Shown one piece after another: positions 9,897 to 19,791 of a DNA stretch of 64,000 nt. The notes beneath the pieces are model-generated. The model was not told the origin of the DNA. It searched no databases and saw only the letters and a program-made list of their open reading frames with translations. Made by a program: the position numbers and the translations under genes. The stretch spans positions 2,240,001 through 2,304,000 of the forward strand of contig OX638351.1 in the NCBI GenBank assembly GCA_951813565.1. Direction: 5' to 3'. Source of the DNA: an uncultured Poribacteria bacterium (lineage in GTDB: Bacteria; Poribacteria; WGA-4E; WGA-3G). The number at the start of each line of letters is the position of its first letter. Positions within the stretch are counted from its first letter, which is position 1.

Positions 9897-11172
9897 CTAC
9901 CTGTTCTTCTTACTTTTTTTAGAATACCTTTTTAATTTATTTTGCAGTGTCCGCAGACTAATTTGCAATATTCCTGCCGTTTTTGTGCGATTTCCTTCCA
10001 TCTGGTCTAAAGTTTTCAAGATAAACGTTTCTTCTACCTGTTTCATCGGTATTCCAATAGGGAGTGTGAGTGTTTGTTCTTCTTGGGGTTGTTTTTCTTC
10101 TGGCAAGTCAATATTTTGTACTTGAAAAGTCCGAATTTCTGCAGGTAGGTGTTTAGGTAAAATCTCTTCTCCTTTGGCAAAAAGGACAGCGTGACTCATG
10201 ACGTTTTCAAGTTCCCGTACATTCCCGGGCCACGCTTAGTTATGGAGTAGGACAAGTGTTTGCGGTGCAATTTTGTGTTTGGTCGCTCGGGTTCTTGACT
10301 ATATTTTAGTAAAAAGTGTTTTGCCAAACTATGAATATCTTTTTTTCGCTCCCGCAATGGCGGCAGGTGAATGTAGATCACTTTCAACCGATAGTAGAGG
10401 TCATCACGAAACGTTCCATTTTCAACATCTTTCTGAAGGTTACGGTTGGTAGCTGCCACAAGTCGGAAATTTATTGGAATCGACTTCGTGCCGCCGATTC
10501 GTTCAATCTCGCGTTCTTGAAGTGTTCGTAAAAACTTCGGTTGGAGAGACAAAGGTAACGCGCCGATTTCGTCAAGGAATAGGGTGCTATTTTGTGCTTG
10601 TTCAAACCTACCGATACGTTGCGATTTCGCATCGGTAAAGGCACCCCGCTCATGCCCAAAGAGTTCACTTTCTATCAGGTTCTCTGGCAATGCAGCACAA
10701 TTGATTGCAACCATCGCTTTTTCTGATCGGTTGCTGTTTTTGTGCAATGCACGCGCTATCAACTCTTTACCTGTTCCTGTTTCGCCATAAATTAAAACTG
10801 TTGCATTCGTGTTTGCCACTTGCTCTATTTCGGTGAGAACTTTAAGTATCTGTGAACTTTCACCGATAATCTCCGTATAATCCCCGCGTAAGATATTCCT
10901 TGATGTTTGAAGTGTAGCTCCAATCTTTTCTGTTTCTATTCTCGTAGGCGCGCTCAGCATCCACCGGGTATCAGTATTATTCACCGGTCTCAACAAATAT
11001 GCCTCTGGATTTGCGTTTATAATTTGATGTAATTCCTCGCTGTCCTTGCTGGCGATAGAAACTTCGCAACCGGACTGTTCAAGTAGTTTACTTATACTAT
11101 TTAAAGTATCGGATGGTCCCCAACAATAATTATGTGTTTTGGATCAATAGACGGACCTTTTTCGTTTTGCAT
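9897..11172 (-). pseudogene. sigma54-dependent (NtrC-family) enhancer-binding protein, pseudogene
   Basis: [42 protein letters not shown] and a Fis HTH. Frameshifts near 11120 and 10280, in-frame TAA at 10236-10238, degenerate receiver domain. Confidence 0.9.
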
Positions 11173-11352
11173 CTTGAATATTTTCCACTTTTCAGCTGTT
11201 CAGTATCTACATGCACTAAAATAACGCAGTTTTAGATTGTTATTTCATCCGATAGCATAGCAGATTTGCGAAAAATGTCAAGTGAATATTAAAAAGATTT
11301 AGTGCGGGAACGGACACAAAAAGTTTGGGAATATGGTTAAATCAACGAAGCA

Positions 11353-11398
11353 CAATAAGATAGGCAGGTAACGCATTGGTTACCTGCCTATCTTATTG
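11353..11398. terminator. Perfect 20-bp-stem hairpin downstream of 11417..11983
   Basis: CAATAAGATAGGCAGGTAAC-gcattg-GTTACCTGCCTATCTTATTG. Confidence 0.7.
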
Positions 11399-11416
11399 AT
11401 GTTGCGAGAATACCTT

Positions 11417-11983
11417 CTAGCGACTTGCACTGGCACCAGCACTCTCGTTCGGATCCGCAGCTCTGTTATTGACGTAGCTAACACCGTATGCGTTATAGTC
11501 ATCCATGTCAGGCTCCACCGAATTTTCTTCACTATAGGGAGCATAGGTAGCCCTAGATAACGGTGATGCATAAGGGACTAGTATAATTGTATTTTGGTCA
11601 CCAGACTTTACGGTGCGGAAAATACCAAGATCATCCTTCTTTTCAACTCTTGCGTGCAAATAATATTCACCCCGAGGCCAAATTACATCGGGAGTCATAC
11701 CACTCCACCGCACATACTCATGAGCATAGACATCGGCAGAACCAGATGCTCCGATGTGCCACCCGTTTCTTCCACGAAGAGGGGATTTGGTTATACTCGC
11801 GTTCGCGCCCGCACTCACGGTGGGATGGTTGTTCGAAACATCCGTGGAACTTTCCCATGTTGAGACAGCACCGCTGGGGTACTCAACGTAATCGTAAGTT
11901 GCCTCATACATATGTGACACACCGTGATTGATAAAAATGAGAAATGTGAGCAAAAGCAGGATTGAAAATTGTCTATAAGTCAT
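11417..11983 (-). CDS. Hypothetical secreted protein
   Basis: AAGGAG RBS before the ATG at 11983, and a signal-peptide-like N-terminus. Confidence 0.7.
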   Translation of the reverse strand: MTYRQFSILLLLTFLIFINHGVSHMYEATYDYVEYPSGAVSTWESSTDVSNNHPTVSAGANASITKSPLRGRNGWHIGASGSADVYAHEYVRWSGMTPDVIWPRGEYYLHARVEKKDDLGIFRTVKSGDQNTIILVPYASPLSRATYAPYSEENSVEPDMDDYNAYGVSYVNNRAADPNESAGASASR

Positions 11984-12021
11984 TATATTTTCTCCTTGTG
12001 TTAAATCTGTGTAAGAATGAT

Positions 12022-12801
12022 TCATTTGTCTAACCCTAAAAACGAGTAGGGTTCAATGCCGGGGTCTTCAGCGTCTAAGTCAATAACTTCAACTCCTGGC
12101 GGAATATAACCGTTATGCATCTGTTCTCGGGTAGGTCTGGGTAAATCTGTCCCAGATAACCATGATGAGATAGCACGTGTAGTGTTTCCATCTGCGTCAG
12201 TAACTGGTGTCCAACGAACATAAACCCGGTTAGGATAGTTTATATAGACCTTTCCATTTTCTAATACGCCACCTCTGACTTGCGTATCACCTTCCTTCCA
12301 TAACTTGAGTGTGACACGTTCTATTAATTCAACACCGCGACTGGCTGGCGGTAACCCATACAGCTCAACCTGTAGCCAAGATGTTGGACCACATTGTGCT
12401 CTATAGTCAGCAGGCACTTTTGGATAGGGTCCAAAACCATAAGGCGACACGCGCACTTCCTGAGTACTATCCTTTGCCTGCGCTTGTTCTGTCAGGTTGG
12501 TAGATGTATCACCGGAGGGAGTGTCTTCTACCTCACCGTCGGTTGTTAGGTTGATAGGTGTCTCTGCGGTAGGCGTTATGCTATCCGCAGCGGTTACATC
12601 AGTCGCCTGTTTCGCCTCGCTATCCACATCGGAGACCTTTTTGGCTATTTCCGATTGGCGTAGCATTTCTTCGGCATCGGCAGCGGCTTTTCTCTCATCT
12701 GCGATATCGTGTTGATACCACAACACACACGCAACGGATAACACAATCAGGAAACCAACGCCACCGAGAAACCATTTGTTCGTAAGGATGTCGCGATACA
12801 T
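12022..12801 (-). CDS. Hypothetical membrane-anchored protein
   Basis: AAGGAGG RBS before MYRDIL, one N-terminal TM helix and an acidic linker. The longer ORF call runs into the IS. Confidence 0.75.
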   Translation of the reverse strand: MYRDILTNKWFLGGVGFLIVLSVACVLWYQHDIADERKAAADAEEMLRQSEIAKKVSDVDSEAKQATDVTAADSITPTAETPINLTTDGEVEDTPSGDTSTNLTEQAQAKDSTQEVRVSPYGFGPYPKVPADYRAQCGPTSWLQVELYGLPPASRGVELIERVTLKLWKEGDTQVRGGVLENGKVYINYPNRVYVRWTPVTDADGNTTRAISSWLSGTDLPRPTREQMHNGYIPPGVEVIDLDAEDPGIEPYSFLGLDK

Positions 12802-12869
12802 CTGAGACCTCCTTTTGTTTCTGTTTATCCCACGCACATGTGCGTGGGATATTCGTTGGAAACATATTA

Positions 12870-13880
12870 ACGTGAGTTTGATAATTAAAAACTGGTAAAT
12901 AGAGAACCCCTTTGTTATTATGAAGTATACCAAATACTCACAAAGGAGTTCTCTGATGGATATGATAACACTTTTCTGTGAAATTGACGACTTTTTTCTT
13001 TTGTATGAACAATATCGAGCACAACACCAGTTGCCGGAAATACTCGGCACAGGCAATACACGCGGCAGACCCAGGCGCCTTCATCCGAGCGAAGTCATGA
13101 CGATACTGGTTCATTTTCATCAGAAGCGGTATAAAAACTTTAGAGCCTATTATCAGGATTATGTTTGCTGCGAGTTGCGTTGGGCATTTCCAAACCTTGT
13201 CAGTTATAGCCGTTTTGTGCAGCTCTCACAAGAGGTATTGGTGCCGTTGTCTATTCTTCTAAACACCCGTTTCGGTGAATGTCGCGGGATTTCCTTCATA
13301 GACTCAACGCCTCTCCCGGTCTGCCACAATCGTCGGATTTCAACGCATCGCGTCTTCGCTGATGATGCGGGGCGTTCTAAAACCTCTATGGGGTGGTTCT
13401 ATGGTTTCAAACTCCATCTCGTCATCAACGACCAAGGTGAGCTTTTGTCAGCTATGGTAACAGCGGGAAACGTAGATGACAGGAAACCCGTGCCACAGTT
13501 GTGTCAAGGGCTCTTTGGCAAAGTTTTTGCCGATAAAGGATACATCGCGAAAAACCTGCGGGAGAGGCTCCAAGAAGACGGTGTGGCACTCATTTACAAG
13601 GTGCGTAAGAACATGAAACCTGAACCTTTGTCTCAGGCTGATGCAGCACTTTTACGAAAACGGATGCTCATTGAGTCGGTGAATAAAGAACTCAAAACTC
13701 AGACAGAAATACAACACACACGGCATAGAAGTCCTGTTAACTTTCAAGTGAACACAGTTGCTGCCTTGATCGCTTATACCTGTCTGACGAAGAAACCTTC
13801 ACTCAAACACAAAGAACTCCAGGAAAATGACTATCAGTTGCCAATGATATGTAACTTCTAATTATTTATCAAACTCACGT
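12870..13880 (+). mobile_element. IS982-family insertion sequence
   Basis: TIRs ACGTGAGTTTGATAA/TTATCAAACTCACGT (5'-AC ends), TATTA duplicated at 12865-12869 and 13881-13885. Confidence 0.92.
12920..13861 (+). CDS. IS982-family transposase (apparently intact)
   Basis: FIDSTP, GWFYGFKLH, ADKGY and RMLIESV motifs. The true start is probably about 12 codons in. Confidence 0.93.
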   Translation: MKYTKYSQRSSLMDMITLFCEIDDFFLLYEQYRAQHQLPEILGTGNTRGRPRRLHPSEVMTILVHFHQKRYKNFRAYYQDYVCCELRWAFPNLVSYSRFVQLSQEVLVPLSILLNTRFGECRGISFIDSTPLPVCHNRRISTHRVFADDAGRSKTSMGWFYGFKLHLVINDQGELLSAMVTAGNVDDRKPVPQLCQGLFGKVFADKGYIAKNLRERLQEDGVALIYKVRKNMKPEPLSQADAALLRKRMLIESVNKELKTQTEIQHTRHRSPVNFQVNTVAALIAYTCLTKKPSLKHKELQENDYQLPMICNF

Positions 13881-13884
13881 TATT

Positions 13885-13901
13885 AGCAATTTCCGTGCCA
13901 A
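13885..13901 (-). promoter_or_regulatory. sigma54 (-24/-12) promoter
   Basis: Minus strand TTGGCACGGAAATTGCT matches TGGCACG-N4-TTGCW exactly. Confidence 0.8.
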
Positions 13902-13943
13902 TTACAAAACATGCGCTGTTGAGGGATTTTATGAATTTCTTTA

Positions 13944-14002
13944 CCGTGCATATATTGCACGGCATGCCAACTCTGCACGGTCAATTATGCAAAATTTGCA
14001 TA
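13944..14002. promoter_or_regulatory. Putative enhancer (UAS) sites for a sigma54 activator
   Basis: Three TGC(A/C)-N5-TGCA palindromes at 13947-13959, 13965-13977 and 13988-14000, upstream of the sigma54 box. Confidence 0.55.
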
Positions 14003-14276
14003 CCTTCAGAGATATTAGCGCAAAATTGGAAAATAATGCCATTTCTATATTGATCGTTTTTCATTAAAACATTGCGTTTGTAGTTGCGCAATTTATTGCA
14101 CTTCTTTTTAGTTATGCGGTACAATTGCACGATTCTGGAATAGAAAAACCGACATCTAAGTATATCTGAAAATTGTTTCTTTTTGTAAGTTTTACTGGTC
14201 AAAAAGGAACAGGCGAGGTTAGAAACCTCGCCTATAAAAAAGTAGTTGGAAGGATGTATCAGAAAAGTGGGTAAAC

Positions 14277-17200
14277 CTACTGATTCGCGCGCTGAAAGCG
14301 GTACACACCGTTCTGTCTTGTACCGATGTAGAATGTATTGCTATCAATAGCGAGGGAAGTTGCCATGTGTGGCACTTCTGGGATAATCTGTTTCCATGTG
14401 TTTGTCTGCTTATCTGCTTGATAGATACCGCTATCACACACACCGTAAGCAGTTTCGCCATCGACTGCAATATAGTCTATCAAAATTACATTCCCATCAA
14501 CATCGGTGAGATCGTGCCATGTTTGCCATGTTTCACCATCGCGTGAACTCATGACACCTATATCCGTTGAAACATAGACAGTTGAACCCGCGAACAGTAT
14601 CTCCTTAAAAAATCCAGGAAATGGTAAGTTTGCAGTGACATCACGCCAAGTGTCTCCACTATTTTGTGACAAGAAAAGCTTTCCTTCCTGTTTACCGACA
14701 TAGACGGTGTTCCCAGAAGCAGCAAGCGTGAAGCCTTCTTGATCTTCCAAATCCAAACCTGTGTCGTGCCACGCCGTTTCGCCGAACCGCCATCTGAAAA
14801 GTTTATGCCTATATACCATGAAGACGGTATCGTCAGTAACCGTAAACGTTCCATTTGTCCTCTGTTCTTCAGCGATCTGTTTTTGTGTGGCAATAGCCAT
14901 CCGCTGCTTCACTACTTTGTCAAGATTCACTACTTTGTCAAGAATAGAGTCAAGATCAGTATCAGGATCGATGTTTATATCGATCCTGATATTGTCCCTT
15001 ATCGTCTTATTATTATTCCCCGATGCTTTCATACGCACTTCTATCCATTCCACCATAAACTGTTTCATCGCTTTGTCAATGTCAACATTAGGATTATTTT
15101 TTATTGCCTCCATACGTTTTTTATCCCATTCCATCTTAAACTGTTTTGCCGCTTTTTCAGTTTCGATCTTTGACTTTTTATCCAATTCCGTTTGTAAGGT
15201 GTCTATTGGAAAATGCGGTACACCTTCAACGGGTAGGAATACATCACCAGCAGCAGAGAGACGAAAGAGTGTGACACCATCAGGTTGACTATTGCTTGCA
15301 TAAAGAACACCATTCGATGCTGCAAATTTCAATTGTGTTCTTTGGAGAAAAGGCAAACCTCTTTCGTGTGTTCTTTTGAGAAAAGGCAAAGCTTTTTCGT
15401 CAGCACTCATTAAGTCAACAGATTCCCAGGACTCCCCACCATCTGCGGATTTGAGCAGTTCTGTAGGTGTTTGCGCTAATAGGACGTTTTTGCCCTTAAC
15501 CAGATTTCGAACATGAGAGTTCACTATTCCAGTCATAAATGGATGCCACGTGACACCGTCATCCGTGGATCGATTTATTCCGCCAGGGCCGATGCCGTAT
15601 AAAGTGTTTTCGTCTAACGCAATAGCAGGAAACACACTAATCATCCTAAGGTCCTCTTCAGGAGCCGTCCATGTTTTGCCACCATCTTTAGACCGTAGAC
15701 CGTAACCAGCCAATATCAGTGTGTCTCCGACTGTAACGACCTCAACAGTACTTCTTAATGAATGTTTGGGGGGCTTCGGCGTAATATCGGTCCAGGAATC
15801 GCCGAGGTCAGTGGAAGAGAAAACTGCTGCGCGAGGTATCCCTCCTCTCATAGGTCCCGGCCCGACCATTGGTCTCGGTCCGACCATCGTCCCAACATAA
15901 AGCCTTTCTTTGGCGGCTGCCAACGATTTGATACCTTGTGATGTCGGCACCGGTAGTTTTTCCCAGTCATCGGTAAATCGGAAAATCCCTTTACTTGTTC
16001 CAATAAACAAGGTGTTGTCAATGGCGAGTGCATCCCAAATGCGGAAAACCATGTTACTAATAAAGGGAGGGGACTGGGGACGAAAATTGGGATTGTCTGC
16101 AGCATCACGATTAGGACGGGTCTTGGGATTGACCGCCTCCAGGACGTCGTCGCCTTGTAAGGCATGCAAGGTATCTCCTATAAATTCCCACGCATGACCG
16201 ACATCCTCAAAACGGAGACGAAAGACATCTGTTGTGAGGACGAGGTACATCGCCGTATCCGTGACAACCAATGCAACGGCATGCCCTTCTGGGCGTCTGC
16301 CGAGGTTGTCCCATGTCTTACCTTCATCAATTGAGGCTAAGATTTCATAAGGTGTAAGGAGATAAAGGGTGTCGTCGCGTTCCGCCATAATCCCTTCATA
16401 AGCACCGGAACTGACAAGTGTCCACGCGTCTGTTTTCTCTGTGAGTTTATAAAGTTCTGTTCTTGTAATCGCGTAGAGGGTTTGGTCGGACGTAAGAAAG
16501 AGTTTTGCGCCTGAAACACCAAGACCTCCTGGTCCCTTTGTCTGAATCCATTCAGATTTTGCTGCTGGAAGATCGGTCTTTTCCTCTTGCGCAGCTGCGA
16601 AAAGCAATGATGCCGCTTGGAATTCAGTTTCACCGTTTCTACCAATTCCATCCAATCTTCCAATTTGGGTCAGTGCGTCGGATTTGCGTTCTAATTCAAG
16701 GACAATAGGCGTGTCAACCAATTCTATTTTCACCTCCGATGCCACTGCCAAACTGTAGGGTTTCTGGAAACGCGATAAAGCACGAGGTCCCATTCCCACC
16801 ATCAACATAACCAAAAATACCGATGCGAATGAGAGTCCCCACGGTATCCAAGGCTTGCTTACAGAAGTAGATGCCGGTTTGATACGCGCGATTTCACGCA
16901 TAATGTTTTCGGTTAGGGTTGGTGGCAATTGGAAGACGCCTGAGGCATCGTGGAGTAGATGTTCTTGTTTCTCCAATCGCTTGCGGGCGCGGTGGAGCCG
17001 ACTTTTAATAGTATTCGGTGATACGCCCAAGAATTGACTGATCTGTTCGCAGGTCATTTCTGCCAAATAGTGCATCGTTACGACGGTGCGCTCGCTTTCT
17101 GGAAGTTTTTGGAGAAGACGTTTGACAATTTCGCGCTGCTGTCGAATTGATACTGTTTTTTCGCGTTCTACCTCATAACGCGTATAGCATAATTCCTCAA

Positions 17201-17507
17201 GTTCCGCTGTGGGCATAGCGTCCAGAGATTCAGTTGGTTGCTGCTTTTTTCGTTGCCATGCAATACAATGCCGCGAGGCAATGACATATAACCACCCCGG
17301 AAAATGTTGAGGCGGTTTCAAGGTTGATAACTTTTTGTATGCTTTTAGGAAGATATCCTGTGTAATCTCTTCCGCAATGTGAAAATCACCAATCTTTCGC
17401 CATACAAGGGAATGTACCCATTTCTGATATTTGTTTACGAGTTCGGTAAACGCTTTCTGGTCACCCTCTAAAGTGCGCTGAATTAATAGAAAGTCGTTGG
17501 TCTTCAT
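14277..17507 (-). CDS. ECF sigma70 factor fused via a TM helix to a large BNR/Asp-box beta-propeller
   Basis: sigma2 (AEEITQDIFLKAY) and sigma4 (TIKSRLHRAR), hydrophobic segment at about aa 222-240, repeated SxDxGxTW boxes. Confidence 0.9.
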   Translation of the reverse strand: MKTNDFLLIQRTLEGDQKAFTELVNKYQKWVHSLVWRKIGDFHIAEEITQDIFLKAYKKLSTLKPPQHFPGWLYVIASRHCIAWQRKKQQPTESLDAMPTAELEELCYTRYEVEREKTVSIRQQREIVKRLLQKLPESERTVVTMHYLAEMTCEQISQFLGVSPNTIKSRLHRARKRLEKQEHLLHDASGVFQLPPTLTENIMREIARIKPASTSVSKPWIPWGLSFASVFLVMLMVGMGPRALSRFQKPYSLAVASEVKIELVDTPIVLELERKSDALTQIGRLDGIGRNGETEFQAASLLFAAAQEEKTDLPAAKSEWIQTKGPGGLGVSGAKLFLTSDQTLYAITRTELYKLTEKTDAWTLVSSGAYEGIMAERDDTLYLLTPYEILASIDEGKTWDNLGRRPEGHAVALVVTDTAMYLVLTTDVFRLRFEDVGHAWEFIGDTLHALQGDDVLEAVNPKTRPNRDAADNPNFRPQSPPFISNMVFRIWDALAIDNTLFIGTSKGIFRFTDDWEKLPVPTSQGIKSLAAAKERLYVGTMVGPRPMVGPGPMRGGIPRAAVFSSTDLGDSWTDITPKPPKHSLRSTVEVVTVGDTLILAGYGLRSKDGGKTWTAPEEDLRMISVFPAIALDENTLYGIGPGGINRSTDDGVTWHPFMTGIVNSHVRNLVKGKNVLLAQTPTELLKSADGGESWESVDLMSADEKALPFLKRTHERGLPFLQRTQLKFAASNGVLYASNSQPDGVTLFRLSAAGDVFLPVEGVPHFPIDTLQTELDKKSKIETEKAAKQFKMEWDKKRMEAIKNNPNVDIDKAMKQFMVEWIEVRMKASGNNNKTIRDNIRIDINIDPDTDLDSILDKVVNLDKVVKQRMAIATQKQIAEEQRTNGTFTVTDDTVFMVYRHKLFRWRFGETAWHDTGLDLEDQEGFTLAASGNTVYVGKQEGKLFLSQNSGDTWRDVTANLPFPGFFKEILFAGSTVYVSTDIGVMSSRDGETWQTWHDLTDVDGNVILIDYIAVDGETAYGVCDSGIYQADKQTNTWKQIIPEVPHMATSLAIDSNTFYIGTRQNGVYRFQRANQ

Positions 17508-17866
17508 GTGTCACCTCAAAATAAGAAATGTCTTTATTAAGTAATAACGCGTACCGAAGACAAAAAGGTTGCATAAAATGGATTTCTTCAATGAATGCCA
17601 AGGATATGTAACCTTTTATTTGGGAATTTAGCAGAAAAGGTCAATTATAGTGTTTATGTATGATAGGGATTGTTACAGAGGGTATGTTGGGTCTCTGATA
17701 TTACAGTTAATCTCAAGAACCAATACATTTTCTTTGACACAAATATAAGGCGATGGTATGATAAAAAGATAGAATTAGAAAAGATGTGAGGGTTAGTCTT
17801 ACTGGATAAAAACCTGCAGGGCGGAGGCGCGGTGACCTGCCCTGCAAATATGTTTATGGATAGGCT

Positions 17867-18403
17867 TTAGTTGTTTTCAGCACCTTCATTGATCCAATCA
17901 ATAAAGAGTTGGATCTGTTCTCCGTTTAGAGGAGGTCCATTTGGCGGCATTTGGGGTGGCTGAGAACCGTCAATGCGTTTTACAACAAGGCTCCCCTTTC
18001 CATCACCTGCAACAAAAGCGGGGCCTCTATCTCCACCCTTTTTGAAGGTATCATAGGTGGATAGATCAAGGTTAGTGAAATGTCCTGCGACGTGACAGTT
18101 TGCTGTAGCACAACTCTCAGCGAGGATAGGCATAACATCATCCTTAAAGGAAACCTTCGGTTCTTCGGGGACTTCAGGTTCTTCAACAACTGGAGGATCA
18201 ACAACAGGTTCCGTAGGTTCAGGTTCTGTCGTTTTATCACCATCTCCGCTGACCATATCTGTGACTGGATCACCTTCGTCACCACAACCAGTTATAAGCC
18301 CAGCAGTGAGTAAAAGACTAATAGAAAATATGATAAGTAAAACGGAGTAGAAACGATTTAAATTCAAGTGTATCAAGTTTTTCCTCCTTTTTGAGAAAAA
18401 CAC
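17867..18403 (-). CDS. Lipoprotein with planctomycete-type cytochrome c domain
   Basis: Lipobox LITGC, Pro/Glu linker, CATANCH, QMPP and WINEGA. Confidence 0.75.
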   Translation of the reverse strand: MFFSKRRKNLIHLNLNRFYSVLLIIFSISLLLTAGLITGCGDEGDPVTDMVSGDGDKTTEPEPTEPVVDPPVVEEPEVPEEPKVSFKDDVMPILAESCATANCHVAGHFTNLDLSTYDTFKKGGDRGPAFVAGDGKGSLVVKRIDGSQPPQMPPNGPPLNGEQIQLFIDWINEGAENN

Positions 18404-18461
18404 GCTTGGATAAAGTAGTTTGTTTTATGTATAGCATACCAACAAATGGAGAAGATGTCAA

Positions 18462-19406
18462 ATGAAAATTTTGATTAACTCGGACATAACATCAGAACAA
18501 CAGCAACAGATAGAAGCAGTTTCTGACACGATAAATATTGTTAAACCTAAGAATTCTGCAGAAGCGCAACGCGAGATTGTAGATACCGACATTGTGTTTG
18601 GTGGATTTAACCGTGATCTTTTTGAAAACGCAAAGCAACTGAAGTGGGTACAAGTGTGGGCAGCTGGTGTTGATGGCATTCTGTTTCCAGAGTTTGTGGA
18701 TAGTGATGTCATTTTGACAAGTGCGAAAGGGTTTGTCGGAACACATCTGGCGGATCAAGCGTGGGCATTGATTCTTGGGCTGATTCGGGGTGTAGGTCGT
18801 TCGGCGCGGGAACGGACGTGGGATAATAAAATGTCAATCCGTTTGGCGACGTGGGAACTGGGTGAACGGACACTTGGGATTGTCGGTCTTGGCGGAACAG
18901 GGATTGAAGTTGCCCGTCGTGCACAGGGGTTTGAAATGCAGGTGATCGCTGTTGACCCTGAGGCTATTGACGCGCCAACTTTTGTCCATGAAATCTGGAA
19001 GATGGACAGATTTGATGATCTGCTTGCCCAGTCTGACATTGTATGTATCTGTGCGCCATTGACACCAGAAACAGAATGCATGTTTAATGATGCAGCGTTC
19101 CAAAAAATGCAATCGCACGCCTTACTTATCAACGTCACACGAGGCAAGATTGTTGATGGACCGGCACTCATCCGCGCCCTGAATGATGAACTGATAGGTG
19201 GTGCAGGGTTGGATGTCACACCTGTAGAACCACTTCCTGCCGATAGTCCATTGTGGGATATGCCGAATGTGATTATTACGCCCCACGTTGCTGGCGGTTC
19301 ACCGATTCGGATGGATCGGACAGTTGCGTTATTTTGTGATAATTTGGAGCGATTTCTCGTTGATAAACCGCTTCTCAGTGTGATTGATAAGCGGAAAGGG
19401 TATTAG
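18462..19406 (+). CDS. D-isomer-specific 2-hydroxyacid dehydrogenase
   Basis: GLGGTG, INVTRG, LDVTPVEP and TPHVAG motifs. Confidence 0.93.
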   Translation: MKILINSDITSEQQQQIEAVSDTINIVKPKNSAEAQREIVDTDIVFGGFNRDLFENAKQLKWVQVWAAGVDGILFPEFVDSDVILTSAKGFVGTHLADQAWALILGLIRGVGRSARERTWDNKMSIRLATWELGERTLGIVGLGGTGIEVARRAQGFEMQVIAVDPEAIDAPTFVHEIWKMDRFDDLLAQSDIVCICAPLTPETECMFNDAAFQKMQSHALLINVTRGKIVDGPALIRALNDELIGGAGLDVTPVEPLPADSPLWDMPNVIITPHVAGGSPIRMDRTVALFCDNLERFLVDKPLLSVIDKRKGY

Positions 19407-19431
19407 GATTGTATATTTCGAGTTGCATGAA

Positions 19432-19791
19432 TTAGCGTCTTGTCAAGTTCTTGATTTCACCCCAAGTTACAGCCATCTTATTTGATGGATGCACTGCCAA
19501 TGAATCTTCAACCCAACGAGGTCGCGATGGTAAATTATCTTGAGAAGTAATTAAAGGGCGAACTTTTTTAGACGCAAACGAGAAAATGTAAAGTCCATAG
19601 TCATTACCGAACTCCTTTGAAGCGGAGAAGACGAGATATTGTCCATTCGGAGACCAATCCACTTGAAAAAGAAGCTTAAACTCTCCCTTGTCAACAACTC
19701 TTCTGCGGTTAGTGCCACCTATATTGGCAACATATACACCTTGTGTAGCTGAAGTATAAGCAATTTCTTTACCACTCGGCGAAAAACTATA
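19432..19791 (-). pseudogene. 3' remnant of a TolB/PD40-repeat protein, truncated at IS1595
   Basis: The frame reads YSFSPSGKEIAY...DWSPNGQYLVF...MAVTWGEIK and is open up to the IS end. Confidence 0.8.

Noticed and set aside
12802..13056. N-terminal extension of ORF 12022..13056
   Set aside because: It runs through the UTR into IS982. A strong RBS marks the start at 12801.
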